Assembly (NCBI GenBank): GCA_018649885.1 | Contig: JABIHA010000040.1 | Location: 1 to 37,158 of the forward strand | Length of the DNA stretch: 37,158 bases | Source of the DNA: Bacteriovoracaceae bacterium | GTDB taxonomy: Bacteria > Bdellovibrionota > Bacteriovoracia > Bacteriovoracales > Bacteriovoracaceae | Direction of reading: 5' to 3' | Shown here: in pieces, positions 26,404 to 35,595 of the stretch | Numbering within the stretch: the first letter of the stretch is position 1 | Layout: every line of letters starts with the position of its first letter | Program-made: the position numbers and the translations under genes | The notes under the pieces: generated by a model | Told to the model about the DNA's origin: nothing | What the model saw: only the letters and a program-made list of their open reading frames with translations | Databases searched by the model: none

Positions 26404-29400
26404 ATGTTTAAACGCAAAACAAGTCCAATGTCTTATTCTGAAATTCTAGAAGACCCAATTCGTGCCGAAATTTTTAGTCCTGAACGACTTGAACAATATG
26501 CATACTTTCTCGCTTCGGAGCTATCAATTGAAACTGGTAAAAAGAAAGGTCTCTCACTTCTTCCTAAGGTCCATGAAAATAGCCGTTCTCTCAAAATCTC
26601 TTACCAAAAACTAACAAAATGGGCCACAGAGGGAGTTGATCTTTCTCCTGCAGGTGAGTGGGTTATTGATAATTTTCATATTATTGAGGATCAAATTCGA
26701 GAAATAAAAGAAGACCTTCCTGAGAAGTACTATCTAGAACTACCTAAAACAAATGGAGGAAATCTCGCAGGGTATCCTCGTGTTTATGCTCTCGCATTAA
26801 CTTTGGTGGCCCATTTGGATAGTCATATTGAAATTGGAACACTTAAAAGATTTGTTCATGCTTATCAAAGTGTCACTCCACTTCTTATTGGAGAGATTTG
26901 GGCCATGCCTATTGCACTTAGAATCGCTTTGATTGAAAATCTTTTCCGACTGACAAATCAAGTAGTTATTTGTCAAGAAATGAAAATAAAAGCAGATAAA
27001 TTATCTGGAAACTTATTAGAAAGTAATCATACTTCTTCTCAAAATATACAAAAACTAACTGATGAACTATCCGAAATGTTGGGAAAGTCTCATACTTGTG
27101 ACTGTTTTGTTATTTCGCAATTATCACAAAGACTTCACTCTCGAAATCCTGAAATTCTTCCGGCCTGTGAGTGTATTGATGAATACCTAGCTAAAAAAAA
27201 TCTAAATTTTGAAGAAATTGTGCGAAACGAACACCAGCTTCAAACCACCGCACAGGTAAGTGTGAGTAATGCTATAACTAGTATGAAACTTTTATCAAAT
27301 ACTGACTGGCAAGATTTTTTTGAAAGCTTATCTCTAGTTGAACCCATTTTGGCCCAAGACCCTTTACATGTTTACAAGAATATGGAGTTTTCAACTAGAG
27401 ACCAATATCGCAATGCAATTGAACGTATACACAAAAGAACAGGTTATGGAGAAATAAAAATTGCTCAAGAAGCTATTCGCCTCGCCCAAAAAGCTTGTTG
27501 CAAGAAGGAAAAAGACAAATGCAAACACCACGTGGGTCACTACCTCATAAGAAAAGGCGTAAGGGATTTAGAGAAAAAAACTAACTATCACCCAACAATT
27601 AAAGAAAAATTAATAAGGATGGTTTTAGATCATCCAACCTCCTTTTATATTAGTTTTCTCACAACAATTATCCTTGTTCTGCTTATCCCTTTAATGGTCT
27701 ATGTCTATAGGTCGAATCCTCATTTTATATGGCCTGTCCTTATTTTAATGATAGCTTTGATACCTGCCAGTGATAGCTGTCTTAATATTTTAAATCTCTT
27801 TATTACTTATCTCGTTGGTCCATTTATCTTGCCTAAAATTAATTTAGAAGAAGGAATTCCAAACCATGCCAAAACCTTTGTAGTTATACCGACTATCATT
27901 AATCAGAAAGAGAGCATTTCTCAGCTCTTGGAAGACCTTGAAATTCGATTTCTATCAAATCAAGATAAAAATCTTTACTTTGCCATATTAAGTGATTTTG
28001 CCGATGCTGAATCCAAAAAGATGCCCTTTGATTATGAAATTATTAAAACCTTAAAAATGGGCATCAAAGCTCTTAATGATAAATACCACAAGGGACATGA
28101 GAAATTTTATTTTTTCCACCGAAAACGTCTCTGGAATCCTAGTGAGAGAAAATGGATGGGATGGGAAAGAAAACGCGGTAAGATTCATGAGTTTAATCGT
28201 TTTTTACGGGGAAATCATAACACAAGTTTTAATACTCATCCTCCATATTCTAATTTTTTTTCAGAAATAAAGTATGTCATAACTCTCGATACGGATACTA
28301 AACTGCCACGAAATGCTGCTAAAAAGCTTGTTGGAACAATTCTTCATCCTCTTAATCAACCTCAATTTGACAAAATATCAAGGATAGTGACTAAAGGTTA
28401 CAGTATTCTTCAACCCCGCATAAGCATTACTCCAGAAAGTGCTGAAAAATCACTTTTTTCCAAAATATATTCAGGGCATACAGGAATAGATCCTTATACA
28501 ACTGCGGTATCAGACTCTTACCAAGACCTTTTTGGCGAAGGTATTTATACAGGAAAAGGCCTTTATGTTGTCGATACTTTCGAATCCTCTCTTAAGAACA
28601 GAGTTTCTGAAAATACTCTTTTGAGTCACGACCTTTTTGAAGGAGTTTTCGCCCGCACTGCTCTTGTATCAGATATTGAATTCTTAGATGATTATCCCTC
28701 GAGTTTTGAATCTTTTGCTAAACGACATTACCGCTGGATTAGAGGGGATTGGCAAATTGTAAAATGGATATTTACTCATATTCCTAATAGTAGGAATAGG
28801 CCTGTAATAACCCCTCTTTCTTTCATATCGCGGTGGAAAATTTTTGATAATTTAAGGCGTAGTTTAGTTGCTCCAACTACCTTTCTTTGGTTTGTTTTAG
28901 GTTGGACCATATTGCCAGGTCATCCTCTCTTGTGGACCTTTCTTATTTTAACTGTGTTAGCATTGCCACTATATGCTCATACTGCCAGTAATATATTTAA
29001 ATATCCGCGCAGCCTTTCTCTTCTTGAGCATTTCAAAGGCATATGTGATAATATCAAGTTAAATTTGAATCAACTCACCATCTCGATTGTAACACTTCCC
29101 TACCAAACTTATTTGCATCTAGATGCTATTGTGAGGACTCTTTATAGAGTTTACTTCTCAAAAGCCAACTTGCTCGAATGGACTACTGCTGCTCAAGTTG
29201 AATCAAATATCAAAAATGGTTCATCTTTCATTCTCAATATCTTTAAATGCTCTTCAACTTTTTCTTTGGGAATTTTTTTCTTAATTTTATTTTATAGGCC
29301 TTATTCCTTGTTTATATCCGGAGTATTTCTTCTGGTATGGTTCTTCTCTCCCCTTATTTTGGAAAAAGTTAGTAAGACTCGTAACAGGGAAAAAGTTGAA

Positions 29401-32400
29401 ATTGAACCATCAGATATTGAAATTCTGAGAGGTATTGCTTGTAGAACATGGAATTTTTTTGAAACCTTTGTTACAGAAAAAAACCATTGGTTACCGCCAG
29501 ATAACTTTCAACAAGAACCCGAAGATTTAGTGGCCCATAGAACCTCACCAACGAATATGGGACTTTATCTTTTATCTGCTTGCAGCGCTTATGATTTTGG
29601 ATATATTGGGCCCGGGGAATTAATGACTCGTCTACAACAAACTCTAGATACAATGTTAAAAATCCCTAGACGTTTTGGTCATTTCTACAATTGGTATGAT
29701 ACTGTAAGCTTAGAACCATTAGAACCTGAATATATTTCTACGGTTGACAGTGGCAATCTCGCTGGACATCTATTAGCAGTCAAACAAAGTTGTCTTAAAT
29801 TAAAAGAAAAAACTCAATTTCATTCAACTACTCTATCTGGATTAGAGGATTTCATTAAAATCATTAAATATGGTATAGAAAAACTTGAACCTGCACTCAT
29901 CACCTCTCGTAGATTAAATTCTCACTCCCTTGTTTCGCAGATAAATAACTGCCTTCAATATATAAAAGAGAGCAAATTCGATCCAATCAATGAAAAATGC
30001 CATGATTTAGATGAATTGCAAAAAAGAGTAGATTTAATCAATAATCAAATTAAAAACTTGTCTCAAGAACATGGAGAAGATCACTTTAGATCAATTAATT
30101 CTTGGATTCAAAAGCTTCTTTCTAAAATAGAAAGAACAAGAGATGAGTTCACTAGTGTTACTGGTGAAATTCTACCCCTTCGATTTAAAAAACAATGTGA
30201 TGAAATTGCTCAAACTTGCCACAATCTTGTCATGGATATGGATTTCTCTGCTCTCTACGATAAAAAGCGAAAGCTTTTTACTATAGGTTACAGCATAAGA
30301 GATGGAAAAAACGATAATAGTTATTACGATCTTCTCGCTTCAGAAGCACGCCTTACAAGTTTTTTAAGTATAGCCAAGGGAGATGTTCCAGAAAATCATT
30401 GGTTCCATCTAGGGCGACAGATGACATCACTTTTTCGACATCGAGTACTTATTTCTTGGTCTGCCTCTATGTTTGAATATCTAATGCCCTTACTGGTCAT
30501 GAAGGATTATTTTGGAACCCTTTTAAATGAAACTCATATTGCCGTGATCAAACAGCAAATGACCTATGCACGACTCCGAAAACTCCCTTGGGGAATATCT
30601 GAATCGGCCTTCAATGCCAGGGATCTTAATAAAAACTATCAATATGGGCCTTTTGGAGTTCCTGGTTTGGGATTAAAAAGAGGGCTTAGCAATGATTTTG
30701 TCGTTTCTCCTTACTCTACGGCCTTGGCCTCCCTCGTTTTACCAAAGGAATCTCTAGATAACTTGAAGACATTTATTGATCAGAATCTTCTTACAGACTT
30801 TGGGTTTTATGAAGCAGTTGATTATACTGAAGGACGGATTCCTCCCAAACAAAATTTTTCTGTTATAAAAAGTTTTATGGCCCACCATCAAGGTATGACT
30901 TTAGTTGCACTGAATAATCTTCTCCATAAAAATATAATGACAACTCGGTTTCATCAAGATCCCATGGTGAAATCTTCAGAGCTTTTACTACAAGAACGTA
31001 TTCCTCAAAGAGTATCCATTCTTAATCCTAGGGCAGAAGAAATTTTGCATAAAATGGGAGAAAACTATCGCTCACTACAGACGCTTCATCATGTAGAACA
31101 GGTTAATACGGAAATTCCAGAAACAAGAGTCCTTTCAAATGGTAGTTATACACTCATGCTTACAGCAGTAGGCTCCAATTTTTCCAAATGTGGAAACTTA
31201 TCAGTTTTTAGATGGCAAGAAGACCCTACTCTTGATCGAGATGGACAATATGTCTTTATTTGTGATGATTCAGAAGAATCATTATACTCAACAACTTTTC
31301 AACCTCTGACCAAAAGTTCAAAGGACTACAAAACGATATTTTCAGAACATAAAGCTGAATTCTTTTGTAATAAAAAAAATTTCAAAACCTATACAGAGGT
31401 AATTGTTTCAGCGGAAGATAACGTAGAACTTAGACGTATCACGATTACAAATTTAACTAATAAGAAGCGCTCTTTTAGCTTAACAAGTTATGCTGAACCA
31501 GTTTTGTCTACTTCAGATTCAGACCTGGCACATCCTGCCTTTAACAAACTTTTTATTCAAACCGAGTATATTGGTGAAAAATCCGCCCTTTTGGCCAATC
31601 GAAGAAAACGATCGGAACACGAAGAAGATCTTTATGGTATTAATAAAATTGTCTATGACCATAAAAAATGTGGAACGATTCAATTTGAGACAGACAGGGA
31701 AAAATTTTTAGGACGTAAAAACTCCTTACCAAATGCTCTGAGTCTACAAAAAGATGCTAATCTCTCTAATACCGTTGGTGGAGTCTTAGATCCGATTTTC
31801 TCATTTAAAACGAGAATCACTTTAGCGCCTTTCAAAACCACGCAGGTTATCCTTGTCTCTGGTCTAGCAAAATCACGAGAAGAGGCACTTAGACTAATTG
31901 ATCAGTATCATGACACTCATGCTTTTGAGCGTGAAGATCAAATGTCTTGGACACAAAGTCAAATAACGCTCAAACATCTTAATCTTGAAATAAATGAAGT
32001 AAACACATTTCAAAAATTAGCGGGTGTAATAATTTATTCCTGTTCCAAATTACGACCGAAGGCCAACATTATTGAAAAAAATAAAAAATCACAGAACGCT
32101 CTCTGGAATTACGGAATAAGTGGAGATATTCCCATTCTTTTGGTTTCCATCAAGAATAAGCATGATGTCTCTTTTATTACAGATATTTTACAATTTCACG
32201 AGTATTTGAGAATGAAAAATATTGAATTCGATCTTGTGGTAATGAGTGATGAAACTAGCTCGTATAGAATGGCCATCTATGAAGAGCTACTTCATCAAGT
32301 AAGAATTACGGGAGGACATAGCTTACTTAATAAAAAAGGAGGGATTTTTCTTTTAAGAAAAGACATCACTCCTCCAGAAGACTTGATTTGCTTAAAATCC

Positions 32401-34953
32401 ATTGCCCGAATTTATTTTGATGCTCATCAAGGAAAATTAGAAAAACAAGTTAATCACCTTTTAAAATCGAAAGGCCTTCCCAAGGTAGAAGTGCCAGACG
32501 AACCCTTCCCATCAAATTGGAGAGAGTTTTCTATTAATAAACCTCAGCTTGAATTCTTCAATGGTTTAGGTGGCTTTAAAGAGGGGGGACGAGAATATCA
32601 GATTTTCCTGGATGAAAAAAAGGTTACTCCAGCACCATGGATTAATGTAATATCCAATTCAAAAGGATTTGGATTTCTTGTTTCAGAATCAGGAAGTTGC
32701 CATACTTGGTCACAAAATAGTAGAGAAAATCGTATTACTCCATGGAGTAATGATTCTATTCTCGATCCATCTGGTGAGATTATTTATCTTTATGATCAAG
32801 ATACTAAGGAAAGTTGGTCACCAACGCCAGGATATGCCCGGGATAAATCCTCCTATCTTGTTCGTCATGGTCAGGGGTACTCCATTTTTGAGCATAACAG
32901 TTTTGAGATAGCTCAAAAATTATCAATGTATGTTTCGCTTGATAAAGAAGTAAAGTTTGTCCGTTTGAAACTTAAAAATTTAAGCAACGTTAAGAGAAGG
33001 ATTTCTGCCTATTATTATTTGGAGTGGGTCTTAGGGTATCATCGAACCCAAACAGCTCACCATATTATTACAAAACAGGGTGGTGGTAAAAATATTTTCT
33101 ATGCTCAGAACCGCATTCAGCATGATTTTGGGAATAATATTACATTTGCTTGTTCCAGTAAAGAAGTCACATCATTTACATGTCATCGAGCCTCATTCGT
33201 AGGCCGACACGGGGACTTTGATAAACCAGTCGCCCTTAATCAAAAAGGGCTTGATAAAAAAATAGGAGCAGGTCTCGATCCTTGTTTAGCGATGAAAATT
33301 GATCTAGAGCTTAACCCTCAAGAAGAGGATGAGATTATTTTTCTCTTAGGACAAACGTCTGATGACAGTCAAATTCAGCAACTCGTTGAAAAATTTTTAA
33401 AACCTAAAATGGCAGATCATGCTCTTAAAGAAGTACAGGATTTTTGGGATAATACTCTTGGGGTCATTAAAATTAAAACTCCTTTTCCTCACTTTGATAT
33501 TCTAATGAATCGGTGGATGCTCTATCAAACAATATCAAGTCGTATTTGGGCACGAACTGCCTTTTATCAGTCTGGAGGTGCTTATGGTTTTAGGGACCAA
33601 TTGCAAGATGTGTCTGCTCTTATTCATTCAAATCCCGAGATAGCAAGAGATCATATTCTTAAAGCAGCAGCTCACCAATTTCGCGAGGGAGATGTTCTTC
33701 ACTGGTGGCATCCTCCTATGGACCGAGGGGTGAGAACACGATTTTCTGACGATCTTTTGTGGTTGCCCTACGTTGTCGATCACTACGTAAAAACAACGAA
33801 AGATGAAGCTATATTTGAAGAAAGCATTCCGTTTATTAAAGGACTTCTCTTATCAGAAGGGCAAGATGATCTCTACATGCAAGTAACAAAAAGTGATAAG
33901 AAAGTAACTCTTTTTGAACATTGTATACTTGCACTAGATCGCAGTCTTAAACTTGGGCAACATGGGCTTCCCCTTATGGGCTCAGGAGATTGGAATGATG
34001 GCATGAATAAAGTGGGAAATAAAGGACAAGGAGAAAGTGTCTGGCTGGCGTGGTTTTTAGGTACCAACCTACAATCTTTCATCGACATTTGCCAAAAACG
34101 AGGAGATCAGGAGCGAGTCAACATTTATAAAGCTCATTTAAAGAAATTAAAAAAATCTCTTGAAACAACCGGCTGGGATGGTGAATGGTATCGTCGCGCC
34201 TATTTTGATGATGGAATGCCTCTAGGCTCTCATCAAAATGACGAATGTAAAATCGACTCAATTGCCCAATCTTGGAGCATCCTTTCTAACCTTGGAGACA
34301 AAGAACATAGAAAAAAGGCACTTGAGTCCGCGAAGACCTACCTTATCAATAATGAACAAGAGTTAGTTCATTTGTTCACACCTCCCTTTGATAAAACAAG
34401 ACTTGATCCTGGCTACATCAAAGGTTATCTTCCTGGTATTCGTGAAAATGGTGGCCAATATACCCATGCTGCCATTTGGTTAGCGATGGCCTTCGCTAAG
34501 GAAGGGGACAGTGATATGGGCCTTAAAATCATGAATATGATTAACCCTATAAAACATTCTTTAACTAAAAGTGATACTCAGGTTTACAAGATCGAACCTT
34601 ATGTTATCCCCGCGGACATTTACTCAACTCCTTTATTCTTAGGAAAAGGCGGATGGAGCTGGTACACAGGGTCATCTGCTTGGTATTATAGGGCCTTTAT
34701 CGAATCGATTTTGGGTATTCGTCGCGAGGGAAACACGCTTGTATTTAGACCATCGCTGCCAAAAAATTTTAGAGAGTATGAAGTACAATACCACTTTGGC
34801 TCAAGTATTTACAAAATTTCAGTTCAAATAACAAAAGAAATGAGCGCAATTTATCTTGATCAAAAATTCCTGGGGAATGATTTGATTTTACCTTTAGTTG
34901 ATAATAAATGTGATCATTTAGTAACAATAAAAGTTTGCTGTACAAAAAATTAA
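26404..34953 (+). CDS. ndvB: Cyclic beta-1,2-glucan synthase (GT84 + glucoamylase-like cyclising domain + GH94 phosphorylase)
   Basis: About 2850 aa; WMGWERKRGK, TLDTDT, LLSHDLFEG, RWIRGDWQ, HRTSPTNMG, YYDLLASEARL, SFMAHHQGM, YQSGGAYGFRDQLQD, GDWNDGMN, RENGGQYTH. Start uncertain (26386/26404/26428). Confidence 0.93.
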   Translation: MFKRKTSPMSYSEILEDPIRAEIFSPERLEQYAYFLASELSIETGKKKGLSLLPKVHENSRSLKISYQKLTKWATEGVDLSPAGEWVIDNFHIIEDQIREIKEDLPEKYYLELPKTNGGNLAGYPRVYALALTLVAHLDSHIEIGTLKRFVHAYQSVTPLLIGEIWAMPIALRIALIENLFRLTNQVVICQEMKIKADKLSGNLLESNHTSSQNIQKLTDELSEMLGKSHTCDCFVISQLSQRLHSRNPEILPACECIDEYLAKKNLNFEEIVRNEHQLQTTAQVSVSNAITSMKLLSNTDWQDFFESLSLVEPILAQDPLHVYKNMEFSTRDQYRNAIERIHKRTGYGEIKIAQEAIRLAQKACCKKEKDKCKHHVGHYLIRKGVRDLEKKTNYHPTIKEKLIRMVLDHPTSFYISFLTTIILVLLIPLMVYVYRSNPHFIWPVLILMIALIPASDSCLNILNLFITYLVGPFILPKINLEEGIPNHAKTFVVIPTIINQKESISQLLEDLEIRFLSNQDKNLYFAILSDFADAESKKMPFDYEIIKTLKMGIKALNDKYHKGHEKFYFFHRKRLWNPSERKWMGWERKRGKIHEFNRFLRGNHNTSFNTHPPYSNFFSEIKYVITLDTDTKLPRNAAKKLVGTILHPLNQPQFDKISRIVTKGYSILQPRISITPESAEKSLFSKIYSGHTGIDPYTTAVSDSYQDLFGEGIYTGKGLYVVDTFESSLKNRVSENTLLSHDLFEGVFARTALVSDIEFLDDYPSSFESFAKRHYRWIRGDWQIVKWIFTHIPNSRNRPVITPLSFISRWKIFDNLRRSLVAPTTFLWFVLGWTILPGHPLLWTFLILTVLALPLYAHTASNIFKYPRSLSLLEHFKGICDNIKLNLNQLTISIVTLPYQTYLHLDAIVRTLYRVYFSKANLLEWTTAAQVESNIKNGSSFILNIFKCSSTFSLGIFFLILFYRPYSLFISGVFLLVWFFSPLILEKVSKTRNREKVEIEPSDIEILRGIACRTWNFFETFVTEKNHWLPPDNFQQEPEDLVAHRTSPTNMGLYLLSACSAYDFGYIGPGELMTRLQQTLDTMLKIPRRFGHFYNWYDTVSLEPLEPEYISTVDSGNLAGHLLAVKQSCLKLKEKTQFHSTTLSGLEDFIKIIKYGIEKLEPALITSRRLNSHSLVSQINNCLQYIKESKFDPINEKCHDLDELQKRVDLINNQIKNLSQEHGEDHFRSINSWIQKLLSKIERTRDEFTSVTGEILPLRFKKQCDEIAQTCHNLVMDMDFSALYDKKRKLFTIGYSIRDGKNDNSYYDLLASEARLTSFLSIAKGDVPENHWFHLGRQMTSLFRHRVLISWSASMFEYLMPLLVMKDYFGTLLNETHIAVIKQQMTYARLRKLPWGISESAFNARDLNKNYQYGPFGVPGLGLKRGLSNDFVVSPYSTALASLVLPKESLDNLKTFIDQNLLTDFGFYEAVDYTEGRIPPKQNFSVIKSFMAHHQGMTLVALNNLLHKNIMTTRFHQDPMVKSSELLLQERIPQRVSILNPRAEEILHKMGENYRSLQTLHHVEQVNTEIPETRVLSNGSYTLMLTAVGSNFSKCGNLSVFRWQEDPTLDRDGQYVFICDDSEESLYSTTFQPLTKSSKDYKTIFSEHKAEFFCNKKNFKTYTEVIVSAEDNVELRRITITNLTNKKRSFSLTSYAEPVLSTSDSDLAHPAFNKLFIQTEYIGEKSALLANRRKRSEHEEDLYGINKIVYDHKKCGTIQFETDREKFLGRKNSLPNALSLQKDANLSNTVGGVLDPIFSFKTRITLAPFKTTQVILVSGLAKSREEALRLIDQYHDTHAFEREDQMSWTQSQITLKHLNLEINEVNTFQKLAGVIIYSCSKLRPKANIIEKNKKSQNALWNYGISGDIPILLVSIKNKHDVSFITDILQFHEYLRMKNIEFDLVVMSDETSSYRMAIYEELLHQVRITGGHSLLNKKGGIFLLRKDITPPEDLICLKSIARIYFDAHQGKLEKQVNHLLKSKGLPKVEVPDEPFPSNWREFSINKPQLEFFNGLGGFKEGGREYQIFLDEKKVTPAPWINVISNSKGFGFLVSESGSCHTWSQNSRENRITPWSNDSILDPSGEIIYLYDQDTKESWSPTPGYARDKSSYLVRHGQGYSIFEHNSFEIAQKLSMYVSLDKEVKFVRLKLKNLSNVKRRISAYYYLEWVLGYHRTQTAHHIITKQGGGKNIFYAQNRIQHDFGNNITFACSSKEVTSFTCHRASFVGRHGDFDKPVALNQKGLDKKIGAGLDPCLAMKIDLELNPQEEDEIIFLLGQTSDDSQIQQLVEKFLKPKMADHALKEVQDFWDNTLGVIKIKTPFPHFDILMNRWMLYQTISSRIWARTAFYQSGGAYGFRDQLQDVSALIHSNPEIARDHILKAAAHQFREGDVLHWWHPPMDRGVRTRFSDDLLWLPYVVDHYVKTTKDEAIFEESIPFIKGLLLSEGQDDLYMQVTKSDKKVTLFEHCILALDRSLKLGQHGLPLMGSGDWNDGMNKVGNKGQGESVWLAWFLGTNLQSFIDICQKRGDQERVNIYKAHLKKLKKSLETTGWDGEWYRRAYFDDGMPLGSHQNDECKIDSIAQSWSILSNLGDKEHRKKALESAKTYLINNEQELVHLFTPPFDKTRLDPGYIKGYLPGIRENGGQYTHAAIWLAMAFAKEGDSDMGLKIMNMINPIKHSLTKSDTQVYKIEPYVIPADIYSTPLFLGKGGWSWYTGSSAWYYRAFIESILGIRREGNTLVFRPSLPKNFREYEVQYHFGSSIYKISVQITKEMSAIYLDQKFLGNDLILPLVDNKCDHLVTIKVCCTKN

Positions 34954-35135
34954 GCTGCATTTGATTTTTTATTTTTTCCTTTAGAGGAAATATAAAAAGT
35001 AGCGAGACGCTCTAAGCCAAGTTTAAAAGAGATCTCGTTTAACTCCTTGTAGACATTACGGCAGCTAACTTTTCTATTTTTAATTTTTTTAAACCTATTT
35101 GGTTTTATTTTTAAAATTTCCTTTTTCTCTGGCAT
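34950..35135 (-). CDS. Small basic hypothetical protein
   Basis: 61 aa; GGGGGTGG RBS before the ATG at 35135; convergent with ndvB. Confidence 0.4.
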   Translation of the reverse strand: MPEKKEILKIKPNRFKKIKNRKVSCRNVYKELNEISFKLGLERLATFYISSKGKNKKSNAA

Positions 35136-35249
35136 TACCACCCCCTAATTAAGATTTTCTATCTCATAGAATACATACTCTCCAATATGATCATCATCAG
35201 ATTCTGCCATGATTAATGAAACAGGCCGTCAAATTTTAATCACTACTTT

Positions 35250-35300
35250 TGCGGGGCTTTCCATGCGGGGCATTCCATGCGGGGCATTCCATGCGGGGCT
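35250..35300. repeat. 14-bp tandem repeat (TGCGGGGCATTCCA) x ~3.6
   Basis: Directly visible; contains four GGGG runs. Confidence 0.9.
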
Positions 35301-35428
35301 CAAAGCTGGGACTTATTTAACTTTCGTGGGTAGCTATAGTTCCGTACTCAAATCGGAATCTGTGGCGTTTCGCTTATGAATCTTTCCCGAATCCTATCAC
35401 CATTGACCAAAATGAATTCGACACTACC

Positions 35429-35465
35429 GATAAAGTGGATAAAGTGGATAAAGTGGGATAAGGTG
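35429..35465. repeat. 9-bp tandem repeat (GATAAAGTG) x ~4
   Basis: Three perfect copies plus one degenerate copy, decaying toward 35480. Confidence 0.9.
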
Positions 35466-35510
35466 GGGTAAAGATAAAGAGGATAGTATCACGCACCTTT
35501 TTTCATTGCT

Positions 35511-35583
35511 CTATGTGGATGGGGAGCCGGAGTGGGTCGCCTGTCATAAGTGTGGAGAGCACACTCACAATTTAAAATTTTAA
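35511..35583 (+). repeat. Right direct repeat: displaced moaE 3' end (YVDGEPEWVACHKCGEHTHNLKF*)
   Basis: 60/62 identical to 21002-21063; both mismatches are synonymous; frame ends at TAA 35581-35583. Confidence 0.93.
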
Positions 35584-35595
35584 AGAGAGGTCAGA

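Larger units (their letters stand above)
21002..35572. mobile_element. ~14.5 kb genomic island / insertion at the moaE 3' end, no integrase visible
   Basis: Flanking 62-bp direct repeats; contains an IS6 remnant, gene fragments, tandem repeats and visibly AT-richer cargo. Confidence 0.75.

Noticed and set aside
28076..34960. Small ORFs nested in ndvB, and similar ones inside por, moeA/moaA, nrfD and hao
   Set aside because: Alternate-frame or antisense shadows of well-supported genes.
35250..35465. Short tandem arrays as mini-CRISPR
   Set aside because: Units of 9 and 14 bp are contiguous with no spacers.
21002..35572. moaE repeat pair as a DGR template/variable repeat
   Set aside because: No reverse transcriptase nearby; only two synonymous differences, one of them not at an adenine.
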